64,000 nt of DNA, from contig JBBSEU010000001.1 of the NCBI GenBank assembly GCA_038239365.1, positions 9,688-73,687 on the forward strand, given 5' to 3'. Made by a program: the position numbers and the translations under genes. Under the pieces are notes generated by a model, which saw only the letters and a program-made list of their open reading frames with translations, did not search any database and had not been told where the DNA came from. Every line of letters begins with the position of its first letter. The stretch's first letter is position 1. Positions 17,844 to 27,448 of the stretch are shown piece by piece. Origin of the DNA: Aggregatilineales bacterium (GTDB taxonomy: Bacteria; Chloroflexota; Anaerolineae; Aggregatilineales; UBA2796).

Positions 17844-19133
17844 TCAAAAAGAATGAGTAGAACGGGATGATGGTGACAGTGTATTCAGCTGTTGATAAGC
17901 GGCCTGTCCCAACTCGATTTGCCGGAGCGCAGCATCCAGTAATATCGGACGGATTTGGTCGGCATGAGTCCAGGCATTCTCCATTGCTGTGCGTAAAGAC
18001 TGTGCCCAATCTGCATCGCTTAGAAGGATCATTTCGCAACCTTCCCCAAATTGATCGCGCAGCCCGACAAATTTATCGACGTAGTATTGGGATTGCGCGA
18101 GGCAGATCGTTGGAATGCCCTGTGAGAGTGCGAATACGGCGGCATGGTAGGCACCCGTAACAACAATGCGGCAGCGGCCTGCCAGTTCAATCGCCTGTGT
18201 CGGGCGTGTGATGGTCAGGCCGTCCGTTACAGAATTTTCGTAGCCCATCAAAAGACTTTGAATATGGCACGGATCATCTACCCCCACGTGAAGCGCGATG
18301 GGAATTGGGATCAGCGGCGCTTGATGCGTCCTGGCGAACTCATGCAAAATCGGGCGCAGCTTCTCAATCATGGTCAGGCCGATCTCCGCGTAAGCTGCCA
18401 CCCGCAGGTTAATGCCGACGCCATTGGAAAGCGTCGATGGGTGGGCATTATAGGCCAGTTCAATCGCATCATCGCCAGTCGTCACGATGCGTTCAGACGG
18501 GACACCCAGAGCCTCGAGCAAGGGGCGGGCAGTCACTTGTTCGCGGATCGCAATCAGGTTCACATGAGGCAGCACAGCACTGACTCTAGCGCGTAATTGA
18601 GGGTCGTCCATGGGGCCAATGCCCTGACCAAACAAGGCAGTCGGTATTCCCCGGCGGATCGCCATGTCGAGTGTTTCCAGCACCAGATATGTCCAACTCT
18701 TTGCGGAGTCGGTGAAGCCCCCTGTTCCACTGACCAATAGCCAGTCAGCATTTTTCAGGGTATCCAGAAACGGGCGTGGATCACCTTGAGGGTTTCGCAG
18801 CCGCGCTTTCAGGCAAATGGCCGACTCGACCAGAAAAGGCTGTGTGCGCTCTATCTGACGTTTGAGCACGCCCAACTGATGCGAACGACGGGGCGGTAAA
18901 CGATTATGTACAGCGCCTAGCAGGTAGTCATCGGCCAACCAGCTATAACGGCTTAGTTCGTGGAGCGGCGTGGCTTCGGGGCAGTGCTTGAGCAGAGTTT
19001 CTGGCACGCGCGTCAATACTTTCAGATTGGCTTGCGGCCACATGATACACAGCCGGTGCAGCATCACCTGAAGCATTGCCAGATCGCCTAAATTATCGCA
19101 ATTTGAATTATCGGAGTCAATCAAAATTTGCAT
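17844..19133 (-). CDS. Polysaccharide pyruvyl transferase family protein (CsaB/WcaK-like)
   Basis: ATG start. N-terminal NLGDLAML and C-terminal IVVTGAYHAAVFALSQGIPTICLAQSQYYVDKF match the PS_pyruv_trans pattern as I recall it. Confidence 0.7.
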   Translation of the reverse strand: MQILIDSDNSNCDNLGDLAMLQVMLHRLCIMWPQANLKVLTRVPETLLKHCPEATPLHELSRYSWLADDYLLGAVHNRLPPRRSHQLGVLKRQIERTQPFLVESAICLKARLRNPQGDPRPFLDTLKNADWLLVSGTGGFTDSAKSWTYLVLETLDMAIRRGIPTALFGQGIGPMDDPQLRARVSAVLPHVNLIAIREQVTARPLLEALGVPSERIVTTGDDAIELAYNAHPSTLSNGVGINLRVAAYAEIGLTMIEKLRPILHEFARTHQAPLIPIPIALHVGVDDPCHIQSLLMGYENSVTDGLTITRPTQAIELAGRCRIVVTGAYHAAVFALSQGIPTICLAQSQYYVDKFVGLRDQFGEGCEMILLSDADWAQSLRTAMENAWTHADQIRPILLDAALRQIELGQAAYQQLNTLSPSSRSTHSF

Positions 19134-19154
19134 GATCCCCCGTTTGACAGGTTT

Positions 19155-20222
19155 TCAACTTTTGGCGATATGCTCCCAGCTAAGCGGCGTGCCGCGCGGG
19201 AGGTCGCGTGTGGCCTGGCAACCCAGGATTGAATGCAGATACTTCGGCGGCAAGCCATTGCCCGGACGGATCGAGCGAACATTCGCTGACGTGAAGACCT
19301 CGCCTGCTTTGAGATCAGCCACCACGAACAATGAACGGCGGAAAATGCCGCTTTTCCGCTCTTCCTCGCCAACTTCATAGTGAACCGTGCCGAGTGCTTT
19401 CTCAGCCGTGCGGATCGCTTGAACCATCTGCTTGAACTCATCCGGTTCAAGGGAAAAGGTGCTGTCCGGCCCAGGAATGGAACGTGACAGGGTGAAATGT
19501 TTCTCAACGATGCACGCACCCAGCGCCACCGCCGCGACGGGCACCGTCGTACCCAGAGTGTGATCCGACAGGCCAATTGGCACACCAAAGGTCTGGCTCA
19601 GGTGCGGGATCGTGTTCAAGTTCATTTCTTCGGGTGGTGAGGGATAAGCACTGGTACATTTAAGGAGTGCCAGTTGCGTCGCCCCGCCTTCGGACGCTGC
19701 GCTGACGGCATCTTGAATCTCTGCCAGATTTGCCATGCCTGTCGAGATGATCATCGGCTTGCCCGTTCGAGCGATGTACTGGATCAAGGGCAAATCGATC
19801 ATCTCAAAGGACGCCACTTTGTAAAACGCGACATTGAGCGATTCCAGGAAATCGACAGCCGTTTCATCGAACGGTGTTGAGAAAAAATCCAGCCCACACG
19901 ACTCGGCCACTGCCTTAAGTTTGGGGTGCCACTCCCAGGGGGTGTACGCTTCACCATACAGATCGTACAGGTTGCGGCCTTCCCAGAGCGACCCGGCACC
20001 GATCTGGAAATATTCGTTATCGCAATCAATAGTGAGCGTGTCCGGTGTGTAGGTCTGTAGCTTTACCGCATCGGCACCCGTTTCTTTGATGGCATGAATG
20101 ATCCGCACGGCTTCATCGAAATCCTGGTTGTGGTTCGCCGACATCTCGGCAATGATGTACACCGGTTCACTGGGTCCGATCTTTCGGCCATTGATCGTCA
20201 AATGAGTCGATAACGTGTTCAT
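19155..20222 (-). CDS. pseI: Pseudaminic acid synthase-type nonulosonic acid synthase (NeuB family, SAF C-terminal domain)
   Basis: IIAEMSANHNQDFDEAVRIIHAIKETGADAVKLQTYTPDTLT, GLSDHTLG, C-terminal SAF-like VVADLKAGEVFTSANVRSIRPGNGL. ATGA overlap with the upstream gene. Confidence 0.85.
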   Translation of the reverse strand: MNTLSTHLTINGRKIGPSEPVYIIAEMSANHNQDFDEAVRIIHAIKETGADAVKLQTYTPDTLTIDCDNEYFQIGAGSLWEGRNLYDLYGEAYTPWEWHPKLKAVAESCGLDFFSTPFDETAVDFLESLNVAFYKVASFEMIDLPLIQYIARTGKPMIISTGMANLAEIQDAVSAASEGGATQLALLKCTSAYPSPPEEMNLNTIPHLSQTFGVPIGLSDHTLGTTVPVAAVALGACIVEKHFTLSRSIPGPDSTFSLEPDEFKQMVQAIRTAEKALGTVHYEVGEEERKSGIFRRSLFVVADLKAGEVFTSANVRSIRPGNGLPPKYLHSILGCQATRDLPRGTPLSWEHIAKS

Positions 20223-22369
20223 AAAGCACTCCGGGTGTATTCGACCAATCCATGTTGGCGCAGCACATCAATTGTTTGTTTGGCCGCGTCGAAGGTAATG
20301 CCCAATGTGCTGGCGATCTGGGCAATGGTGCGCGTACCATCAATCAGGAACATGATGTCGAACAGGGCTTTGTTGCCTGCCGGATTGGTGTAGGCGTCAA
20401 TGTGGATGCCGTAACGGGAAGCGAATACTTCGCCCTGAAAATGATTGAGCGGGATGAAGTTATTTTCGAGTGTGTCGATCATGCCCAGCACCAGATCGCG
20501 CGAGTCCTCAAGCCGCCGGATTGAGGTGTACTCCGGCGTATCGAAGCTCGAATGATATTCACGGTACGGCCATTCGGGTGAAGACGGCGGCAAAACGCGC
20601 GAAATGGAGAGCATCGGTACGCGCACGCCAGGGCCGTTGAATTGGCGCTCGTCGTTGCCGATCACGGTTCGGAAGGCACCTGACCAGCTATGAAAATCGC
20701 GCTGTTTCATCGCCAGTGTGAAGCATTCATCAAGCTCTGTCTGACCATCAAAGGAAAGCTGTAAAGCGTGTGGGTATTGCAGCCCCAACATCTCCAGGAA
20801 CAGCCCGCCCTTCATCTTTGGGATGAGCGCCTCGTGGTGACTCAGATAGGCAACGGAGCCAATCGTTTCTGGCACAATCAGAAAACGATAAGTGTAGTAC
20901 GGCTTCTCCCGCTGCAGCAGCGCCCGCATCACCTCCATACCGACAACGACGCCGCTCAGGTCATCGTTGACCATTGCCGGATGGCACAGATGGGCACACA
21001 GGATAATGTTCTGATCGGTTTGGCCGGGCACAACCACTTCGCCAACTTTTAGATTGCCATAGCTGAATGTCGTTCGGATCACGACGCGGTAGCGATCCGC
21101 AGTGAGTGAGTCCTTAAGCCGTTTTGAGCAGCACAACCCCCAATCCCGTTCGTAATACTTGAACTGAAACGGGATCGCATCCGCGATCAATGGATGGACA
21201 TGCAGGTGGTTAAACAACTCCTGGCGTGATACTTCGCCTTCGTAAGGCAGTGAATAGGACACCACATGCAGCGGATTATCGGCATAGGAGAAGATGCGCT
21301 GGCCGTCGAGCGTTTCCAGATAGGCTTCGTAACACGTCCATTTTTCAGGAACGATCCAGCTCCAACTTTCTGTGCCGGTGGGGTAATTTAGAATGGTCAT
21401 CGGAAGCTGCGTCGCCAGTGCGTTCAAAGCATCGTCATAGCCTTGCGAAACGATCTGACGCGGCAGTTTCCAAAGCGCATCGATCATTTGCGTCATGCTG
21501 GCCTTTTCAGGAAGATGAACTTCATGTGTTGGTTCAGCCACTCGTGCCTGTTCCAATGCAATGGGATCGCCGGCTGGCCCTTTGGCGGTAAACCAACGAT
21601 CCGATTCAATGGCGGCACTCACGAAGTCGAAATAGGGTTGACTGTCCACACCCCAGATTTCGCCACAGCCAACCTGGGCAACCTTACAGATATGCTCACG
21701 ACTGGCGCTTTGTTCCAGGCGGCTGCCGTCCGGGAAGCCATTCTCGGCCATAATGCGGACGTTATACAGCCAGCCCGTTTTTCGCTGCACACCGTTGTTA
21801 CGAATAGTGCCTGTGAACAGTTTTTGGTAGCGGAAGGGCACGCCGATCATTTCTTCAACATGGTGTTGGAAGGTCGCTTCATGCAGGCCAACGCCGATCA
21901 TACAGATTTTGCCGTTGGCCTGCTTTAAGCGGTCATGGATGCTGCCCGAACCGAAGCACGTCGCAGGTACATCCGTAAGCAGTTCCGCTGCCCGCGGCCC
22001 CAAACCAGCCACTGAATGGATCGGATCAGTCGAGCGCACAACGCCCGGCTGCGCGCGAAAGTATTCCAGAAATTCAACCGATGTACTCCAGGGGCCGCCC
22101 TGTGTCGGTGTGTTCTGAACGTCAAATATCGCCTGCTGACAAAACGAAAAAGTGTACGTTGGGATCAGGATCGTGCCTGCATCGGTCAGCACCTTCTTGA
22201 GAGCAGCCAGCACCAGATCGCTGCGCTGCTTCACGTCTGAAACGTCTTTGGCCTGTCCCAGCGTATCCAAACAGAGGTGAAAATAAACGGTGTCACCCGC
22301 TTGAAGCCCTGCTTTATGCAGTCCGTCGATCAGGTCAGACTGAGTGTAGTGCCATTCGGTGGTTGTCAT
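20219..22369 (-). CDS. Fusion protein: AAC(3)-like N-acyltransferase domain + DUF2172/DUF4910 aminopeptidase-like domain + C-terminal winged helix
   Basis: Residues 1-280: GDTVYFHLCLDTLG...AGTILIPTYTFSF...RSTDPIHSVAGLGPRA...ICMIGVGLHEATFQHHVEE (aminoglycoside 3-N-acetyltransferase fold pattern). Residues ~290-716: LWKLPRQIVSQGYDDAL...NPLHVVSYSLPY...IPFQFKYYERDWGLCCS...LCHPAMVNDDLSG...YRFLIVPETIGSVAYLS (DUF4910-type). Confidence 0.8.
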   Translation of the reverse strand: MTTTEWHYTQSDLIDGLHKAGLQAGDTVYFHLCLDTLGQAKDVSDVKQRSDLVLAALKKVLTDAGTILIPTYTFSFCQQAIFDVQNTPTQGGPWSTSVEFLEYFRAQPGVVRSTDPIHSVAGLGPRAAELLTDVPATCFGSGSIHDRLKQANGKICMIGVGLHEATFQHHVEEMIGVPFRYQKLFTGTIRNNGVQRKTGWLYNVRIMAENGFPDGSRLEQSASREHICKVAQVGCGEIWGVDSQPYFDFVSAAIESDRWFTAKGPAGDPIALEQARVAEPTHEVHLPEKASMTQMIDALWKLPRQIVSQGYDDALNALATQLPMTILNYPTGTESWSWIVPEKWTCYEAYLETLDGQRIFSYADNPLHVVSYSLPYEGEVSRQELFNHLHVHPLIADAIPFQFKYYERDWGLCCSKRLKDSLTADRYRVVIRTTFSYGNLKVGEVVVPGQTDQNIILCAHLCHPAMVNDDLSGVVVGMEVMRALLQREKPYYTYRFLIVPETIGSVAYLSHHEALIPKMKGGLFLEMLGLQYPHALQLSFDGQTELDECFTLAMKQRDFHSWSGAFRTVIGNDERQFNGPGVRVPMLSISRVLPPSSPEWPYREYHSSFDTPEYTSIRRLEDSRDLVLGMIDTLENNFIPLNHFQGEVFASRYGIHIDAYTNPAGNKALFDIMFLIDGTRTIAQIASTLGITFDAAKQTIDVLRQHGLVEYTRSAL

Positions 22370-23136
22370 TGCTGCTCCTGATCTTCGTAGGATAGATTGA
22401 GACGCAGGTATATTTTGCGTCCGTCGTGGCGAAAATAGGCTGAGGCGTAAGGCGGATAGGTACGCGCCCGCAAAAGATTGATCAGTTCACGCCCGGTGTA
22501 GGTTCGATCCAGGTCAATCTCATCAATCTGCTCAACATCTTTCACGCGATGTGTCGTGCCCGCGCTGGCTGGCTGCGAAAGACGAACCGCGCGCCCAGCG
22601 CGAAGCAGCGGCCAACTTTGCTTAAACAGGTCAACCGAGGCCTGCTCCAACTTTTTGTAAAGACTTTCGCCTGTATCGACTGGTTCAACCGGAACGATCT
22701 GCTGGGCAATAATATCGCCTGTATCAACGCCCACATCCATGTAGTGCAGTGTCACACCCGCCGGAGTGTCTTCGATGATGCTCCAAACGTTGGGGTACGC
22801 GCCCCGGTTATAGGGCAAATAGGCCGGATGGAGATTGATACAGGGCATCAATTCCAGAATGGGTTGACGCAGGATGTAGCCAAAAAAGACGGAGACGCCA
22901 ATCTCTGCGCCAAGTGCCCGTAACGCCTCAATCTGTGCCGGGTCGTTGAGCCTTGAGCCATCAAAGACCTGTGAGGGTGGTAACGCCGCGCTGGACAGGA
23001 TTTCGTCGCCATACTTGCGCTTCTGATCGGGATGCAGAACCAGACCCACAATCTCGTCGCCTTCGGCCTGTTGGGTTCGCAACCATTCAATGATCTGCCA
23101 GGCTGCCCAATTGTTACCAAAAAACAGGATACGCAT
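22366..23136 (-). CDS. Formyltransferase-fold protein (Fmt/sugar N-formyltransferase-like)
   Basis: MRILFFGNNWAAWQIIEWL, INLHPAYLPYNRGAYPNVW (His loop), TLHYMDVGVDTGDIIAQ (Asp). ATGA overlaps on both sides. Confidence 0.8.
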   Translation of the reverse strand: MRILFFGNNWAAWQIIEWLRTQQAEGDEIVGLVLHPDQKRKYGDEILSSAALPPSQVFDGSRLNDPAQIEALRALGAEIGVSVFFGYILRQPILELMPCINLHPAYLPYNRGAYPNVWSIIEDTPAGVTLHYMDVGVDTGDIIAQQIVPVEPVDTGESLYKKLEQASVDLFKQSWPLLRAGRAVRLSQPASAGTTHRVKDVEQIDEIDLDRTYTGRELINLLRARTYPPYASAYFRHDGRKIYLRLNLSYEDQEQQ

Positions 23137-23142
23137 CGCCCC

Positions 23143-24192
23143 TCAGCATTCGCTTTCATTCGATAATAACAGCCGCGCGACTCGTTCAACGCCCAGACCA
23201 TCCACAAACGACTGTGCTTTCTGGCTCATCTCACGACGTAGCTCCGTGTCGACGATCAGATGGTGTACTTGTTCGGCCAACGCATCTGCCGTTAAACTGG
23301 CGAACCAGCCCGCATCCAACGCTACGCCAGCATCGAGCAGCCCTTTGGCGATCTTCACCTGATTATCAGCCAGCGTGATTGTCACCATCGGCACGCCAAA
23401 AAAAGCCAGTTCCCAGCAGGTGCCGCCCGCCGCCGAAATAGCAACTTCTGCCCAGTTCATCAAAGTTGGCATATCTGTCACGGCAACCAGCAGTTCAATC
23501 GCAATGGGTGAAGCATTGATCGCCTGCGAGAGGCTGTCCTGATAGCGATTTGCCGCCCCAATCACGACTTTGCTTTGTAGCCCAGGATGACGTTTGGACA
23601 ACTCAGCCAGCGCCTCGATCACGTAGAGCGTCGTATTGTCAGGATCGCTGCCGCCCAACGTGATCAGGATACGCCGGGGATCAGCGGCAATGCTGCGCGT
23701 TCGGTCCGGCCAATGCCGAAATTCACGGCGCAAAAGGGCATAATGCGCCCCAAGCAGCAGTTGAGTAGTGGGCGCACGCTGTTGATAAAAAGCCTGATCC
23801 GCATAGATTTGTGGGTTCAGCACAAAATCCGCATCATAGCGTTTGGCGTGCCCATAATCATCAATGAACAAGACCGATAGACCATGTGCTTTCAGTGCTT
23901 TTTGATAATTGGCATCGAAGTCATAGCCATCCACAACGATCCATTTTGCACCAAACTGCTTTGCCAGATCAGCGGTTTGATCGGCATCTTGGGTAGTGTC
24001 TGAAGGCAGGCAGTCTACCCGCATTTTTTCGGTGACGAGGCGCTCAACCAGCGCGGGCGTATCCGTGATCAAGACGAACAACACGTCCCCGCCCATATCC
24101 TGATACGCCTGCGCGATTGCCAGACAGCGCATTAAATGCCCTGTACCCAACCGGGCGTTTGCGTTACATCGAATCAGCAGGTGATTTACCAT
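23143..24192 (-). CDS. pseG: UDP-2,4-diacetamido-2,4,6-trideoxy-beta-L-altropyranose hydrolase-like (PseG)
   Basis: N-terminal LIRCNANARLGTGHLMRCLAIAQAY (the RxDxxxxxGxGHxxR pattern of PseG) and a GT-B C-terminal half with GGTCWELAFFGVPMV. Confidence 0.75.
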   Translation of the reverse strand: MVNHLLIRCNANARLGTGHLMRCLAIAQAYQDMGGDVLFVLITDTPALVERLVTEKMRVDCLPSDTTQDADQTADLAKQFGAKWIVVDGYDFDANYQKALKAHGLSVLFIDDYGHAKRYDADFVLNPQIYADQAFYQQRAPTTQLLLGAHYALLRREFRHWPDRTRSIAADPRRILITLGGSDPDNTTLYVIEALAELSKRHPGLQSKVVIGAANRYQDSLSQAINASPIAIELLVAVTDMPTLMNWAEVAISAAGGTCWELAFFGVPMVTITLADNQVKIAKGLLDAGVALDAGWFASLTADALAEQVHHLIVDTELRREMSQKAQSFVDGLGVERVARLLLSNESEC

Positions 24193-24965
24193 GCCGAAAA
24201 ACCACCGTCAACCATCAGGGACTCTCCGGTAATGTAGGACGCTTCGTCAGAAGCCAGAAACGCGACTGCATTTGCAATTTCGTCAGGCTGCGCCATGCGA
24301 TTTAGCATCGTTTTGTTGCTGTAGTTAGTCACGAACTCGTCCGATTGACGTTGGGACGAACGTACTCCCCCGGCCACTACCGCATTCACCCGCACACCTT
24401 GTTCGCCCCATCTGGCAGCCAGCGTGCGCGTCAGTGACAGAAGTGCCGCTTTTGCCGCGCTGTACTGTGGTGGGGTGGGTGCCATCCCTGCTGGATAGAT
24501 GCGTTGATCAACGGCATTCACGGCGTAAATCGAAGACAAAATAACAAAGCTGGCGGCCTGACCAGCCAACTGTTTGATCAGTTCTCGCGCACAGATGAAG
24601 TGTCCGGCAACGTCCACGTTATACAAACGGCTGAAACTTGCGTGATCAAGCTCATCAAAGGGTGTTGCCAGCCCATCGCGCAGTGAGGCATTGGCGATCA
24701 ATATTGTCGGTATACCAACCGTCTCGGCCAAATGATTCAGGGCGTTGGCAATGCTTTGTTCATCGCCCAATTCGAGGGGAATGCCGATCAACTTAGCAGT
24801 GCCGGGGACAGACTGATCGGCTGCCCAACTTTCGGCTTTTTCGGCAGTGCGTGATGTGATCACTACCGTTGTGCCCTCAGCCAGCAAGCGCCGAACAACT
24901 GCACTGCCGATCAAGCCACTGCCACCCGTAACTAAGGCCACTCGACCTGCTAAGCCCTTCATCAT
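24186..24965 (-). CDS. Classical short-chain dehydrogenase/reductase
   Basis: VALVTGGSGLIGSAV (TGxxxGxG), NASL, YSAAKAAL (YxxxK). Confidence 0.9.
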   Translation of the reverse strand: MMKGLAGRVALVTGGSGLIGSAVVRRLLAEGTTVVITSRTAEKAESWAADQSVPGTAKLIGIPLELGDEQSIANALNHLAETVGIPTILIANASLRDGLATPFDELDHASFSRLYNVDVAGHFICARELIKQLAGQAASFVILSSIYAVNAVDQRIYPAGMAPTPPQYSAAKAALLSLTRTLAARWGEQGVRVNAVVAGGVRSSQRQSDEFVTNYSNKTMLNRMAQPDEIANAVAFLASDEASYITGESLMVDGGFSAW

Positions 24966-25720
24966 TGTTTCTCTCCGCTATTGGGAAAAGGGCTTTTGTG
25001 AATAGGCTCAAGCGGCGAATGACCATCACGGGCGTGCAGGCCGCGTACCAGCAGTTCGGCCAGTTCAAACTCCTCAGCGCGATCAATGTCGATTCCCCGG
25101 TTGCCATCCATCGCGGCCACATAGAACGGATCGCCATAAAAGGCGTGCTGCCGGATGAAATCTGGCACGCGCACCCACCAAACCGCACCCGTCGGGCACA
25201 TCGGCACACCAAGCTGTTGACTTGGCACAAGGTAGTTACCAAAAACCCAGCGCCCCTGCTGTGCTTCGTTTGCTGTGAGCGCCCAGTGTGGATAAACACC
25301 ACGATAGGGCACAACCGAAATCTGGCAGGGGCGTTCTTCCTGCTCGAAGCTACGGTAGAGCGCCACAACATCTTCACTGCGACGTAACGGACAGTTCGGC
25401 ATCAACTGACACAATGCCGTTGGCTCGACGCCGCGCGCTTTGAGGGTATTCAGGACATGTTCGGCAACGTCCACAAGTGTCGCCTCGTCGGTTGCCAGTG
25501 CCGCCGGGCGAGGCAGGTATTCAGCGCCATACCACTCTGCGATCTCACCCGTAGCCGGATCATCTGTTGAAACGATAATATGTGAGAAAAGATTGCTATT
25601 CTGCGCTGCGACAATTGCGTAGGCCAGCGCCGGATGACCAAAAAAGGGGCGTGTGTTTTTGCCGGGCAAACGTTTGGAGCCGCCGCGTGCAGGGATCAGT
25701 GCAACCCGTTCGTGCGTCAC
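24962..25720 (-). CDS. Acylneuraminate cytidylyltransferase family protein (paralog 2)
   Basis: ORF track 24962..25783. GTG at 25720 lies just after the upstream TAA (25722..25724) and gives VTHERVALIPARGGSKRLPGKN, the canonical N-terminus. The ATG at 25783 would overlap the upstream gene by 62 nt. Confidence 0.75.
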   Translation of the reverse strand: MTHERVALIPARGGSKRLPGKNTRPFFGHPALAYAIVAAQNSNLFSHIIVSTDDPATGEIAEWYGAEYLPRPAALATDEATLVDVAEHVLNTLKARGVEPTALCQLMPNCPLRRSEDVVALYRSFEQEERPCQISVVPYRGVYPHWALTANEAQQGRWVFGNYLVPSQQLGVPMCPTGAVWWVRVPDFIRQHAFYGDPFYVAAMDGNRGIDIDRAEEFELAELLVRGLHARDGHSPLEPIHKSPFPNSGEKQ

Positions 25721-25721
25721 G

Positions 25722-26417
25722 TTACGCGCCTTGCCGTGATAACAAAAATGCGGCCAGATCAAAATCGAACGCTTCCGCAACATGCACGCTGCGTTCTTCG
25801 GGAGTTTGATAAACGGCTAAATGCGGGCCAAAAAAATTACGGTGTTCAAGCAGGGGGTCAGCGCGCCCAATTTTGATCGAGCCGTTTGGACGGAAGACTG
25901 GTGGCAGGAGCGGCCTCTCGATCATGTACTGATCGCCAAAATACATCGCCCAATCACTATCCTGATCACCGTTTTGTTGCACTGCCCAATGAAAGTAGTG
26001 GGGATCAATGGGCGTCACAGAAACCAGGTAATCGGCCTTACTGAGGCAAAACATCTCCCATGATCCGCAAATATCCTGGGCATTTCGCAGGGGTGAGGAT
26101 GGCTGCAGGCAGATGATCGCGTCGTAGGTTTCTCCGGCGGTCTGAAGCACCTGGAACACTTCGATGCAGACATCGGTTGCGCTAACCAGATCACCAGCCA
26201 ATTCGGGTGGGCGAAGATGGAAACGCGCGCCAAATCGTTCGGCAATCGCGCCGATTTCTGTGTCTTCCGTCGAAACGTAGACCGTTTCAAACAAACCGCT
26301 GTGCAGCGCCGCTTCGATGGAATAGGCAAGCATCGGTTTGCCAGCAAGGGGTTTGATGTTCTTGAGCGCCAGACGTTTTGAGCCGCGTCTCGCCGGGATC
26401 ACACACAATGGTTTCAC
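25722..26417 (-). CDS. Acylneuraminate cytidylyltransferase family protein (paralog 1, PseF-like)
   Basis: GTG start. MKPLCVIPARRGSKRLALKNIKPLAGKPMLAYSIEAALHSGLFETVYVSTED matches the CMP-nonulosonate synthetase N-terminal pattern. Confidence 0.8.
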   Translation of the reverse strand: MKPLCVIPARRGSKRLALKNIKPLAGKPMLAYSIEAALHSGLFETVYVSTEDTEIGAIAERFGARFHLRPPELAGDLVSATDVCIEVFQVLQTAGETYDAIICLQPSSPLRNAQDICGSWEMFCLSKADYLVSVTPIDPHYFHWAVQQNGDQDSDWAMYFGDQYMIERPLLPPVFRPNGSIKIGRADPLLEHRNFFGPHLAVYQTPEERSVHVAEAFDFDLAAFLLSRQGA

Positions 26418-26436
26418 GTTAACTTTACCTACTCGC

Positions 26437-27414
26437 TTAAGCGGATACTAAAATTGGATACGTTTTCGCGGTCAGAGCGATCTGCAGCGCCGCCAAACCG
26501 TGCTGCAAGTTGCTAAAGGTTGGCGTGCCGCTCTCGATGTGTTCCATAAAGTAGCGTAGTTCATCGACGTACATCTGATTCACCGTCCAATCCGAAGGCT
26601 GCTCAATGAGTGTAGGGCTGCCTGTCGCCGCATAGCAGTAAATTTTGCCCTCGCTAAAACGCCAGTAGAGGCTTCCTTCGCTGCCGATTATTTCACAGCC
26701 GCGATGATAATCACGCTGAATAAAATTCAAGTGGACGCTCGATAACACACCGGAGTCATGGCGCAGCAGCACTTCCAGCAATCCCTCGACTTCCAAACCG
26801 ATGCTTTCAGCAGGCAGCTTGACCGCGTATTGCACCACTGCCGGGCCAAAGTACCAGAGTGCCAGATCGATCTCGTGGATACAGTCCAGGATTGCGCCGC
26901 CACCCTGAACTGCGGAGGCGCTGTAACTCTGCCGATAATCGACACCGGGACGCCACGTCGGCAAATAGGAGCCGGTATAGATGCGGGCAGCGATGACCCG
27001 CCCGATCTGCCCTTGATCGAGCAGTGCTTTCACCTTTGCAGGGCCGGGATGAAAGCGCATGTTGCAGCCCACCATCGAGATCAAATTGCGTTCGTCAACC
27101 TCTGAACACAACGTTTCTACATCTGCCAGTGAATGGGACAGCGGTTTTTCGATAAACAAATGACAATTATAACGGGCGGCGGTCAGTGCCAGAGCGATGT
27201 GTTGATTGGAAGGGGCGGTCACCAGCACAACCTCGGGTTTTTGCGCCCAAACGTCTTCGAGCGCCGCACAACCGACTGCGCCACTTTCAACCTGAGCCTG
27301 ATCACGCGCGGCGGCGGACGGATCAAAGGCCAGAAGATCAGCGTAGCCCAATGCGCGCAGATTTCGCAGATGACGCCGACCAATTGAGCCACAACCCAGC
27401 ACAGCAATTTGCAT
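26437..27414 (-). CDS. Gfo/Idh/MocA-family NAD(P)-dependent oxidoreductase
   Basis: MQIAVLGCGSIGRRHLRNLRALGY Rossmann start and EKPL motif (LFIEKPLSH). Confidence 0.85.
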   Translation of the reverse strand: MQIAVLGCGSIGRRHLRNLRALGYADLLAFDPSAAARDQAQVESGAVGCAALEDVWAQKPEVVLVTAPSNQHIALALTAARYNCHLFIEKPLSHSLADVETLCSEVDERNLISMVGCNMRFHPGPAKVKALLDQGQIGRVIAARIYTGSYLPTWRPGVDYRQSYSASAVQGGGAILDCIHEIDLALWYFGPAVVQYAVKLPAESIGLEVEGLLEVLLRHDSGVLSSVHLNFIQRDYHRGCEIIGSEGSLYWRFSEGKIYCYAATGSPTLIEQPSDWTVNQMYVDELRYFMEHIESGTPTFSNLQHGLAALQIALTAKTYPILVSA

Positions 27415-27448
27415 TGCGGACAGCCTTTACGCTTTATCGAGTCAGATG

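Noticed and set aside
19121-19588. 155 aa minus-strand ORF overlapping pseI in another frame
   Set aside because: It is Arg/Ser/Trp-rich with no motifs and is nested in a gene with clear NeuB-family signatures.
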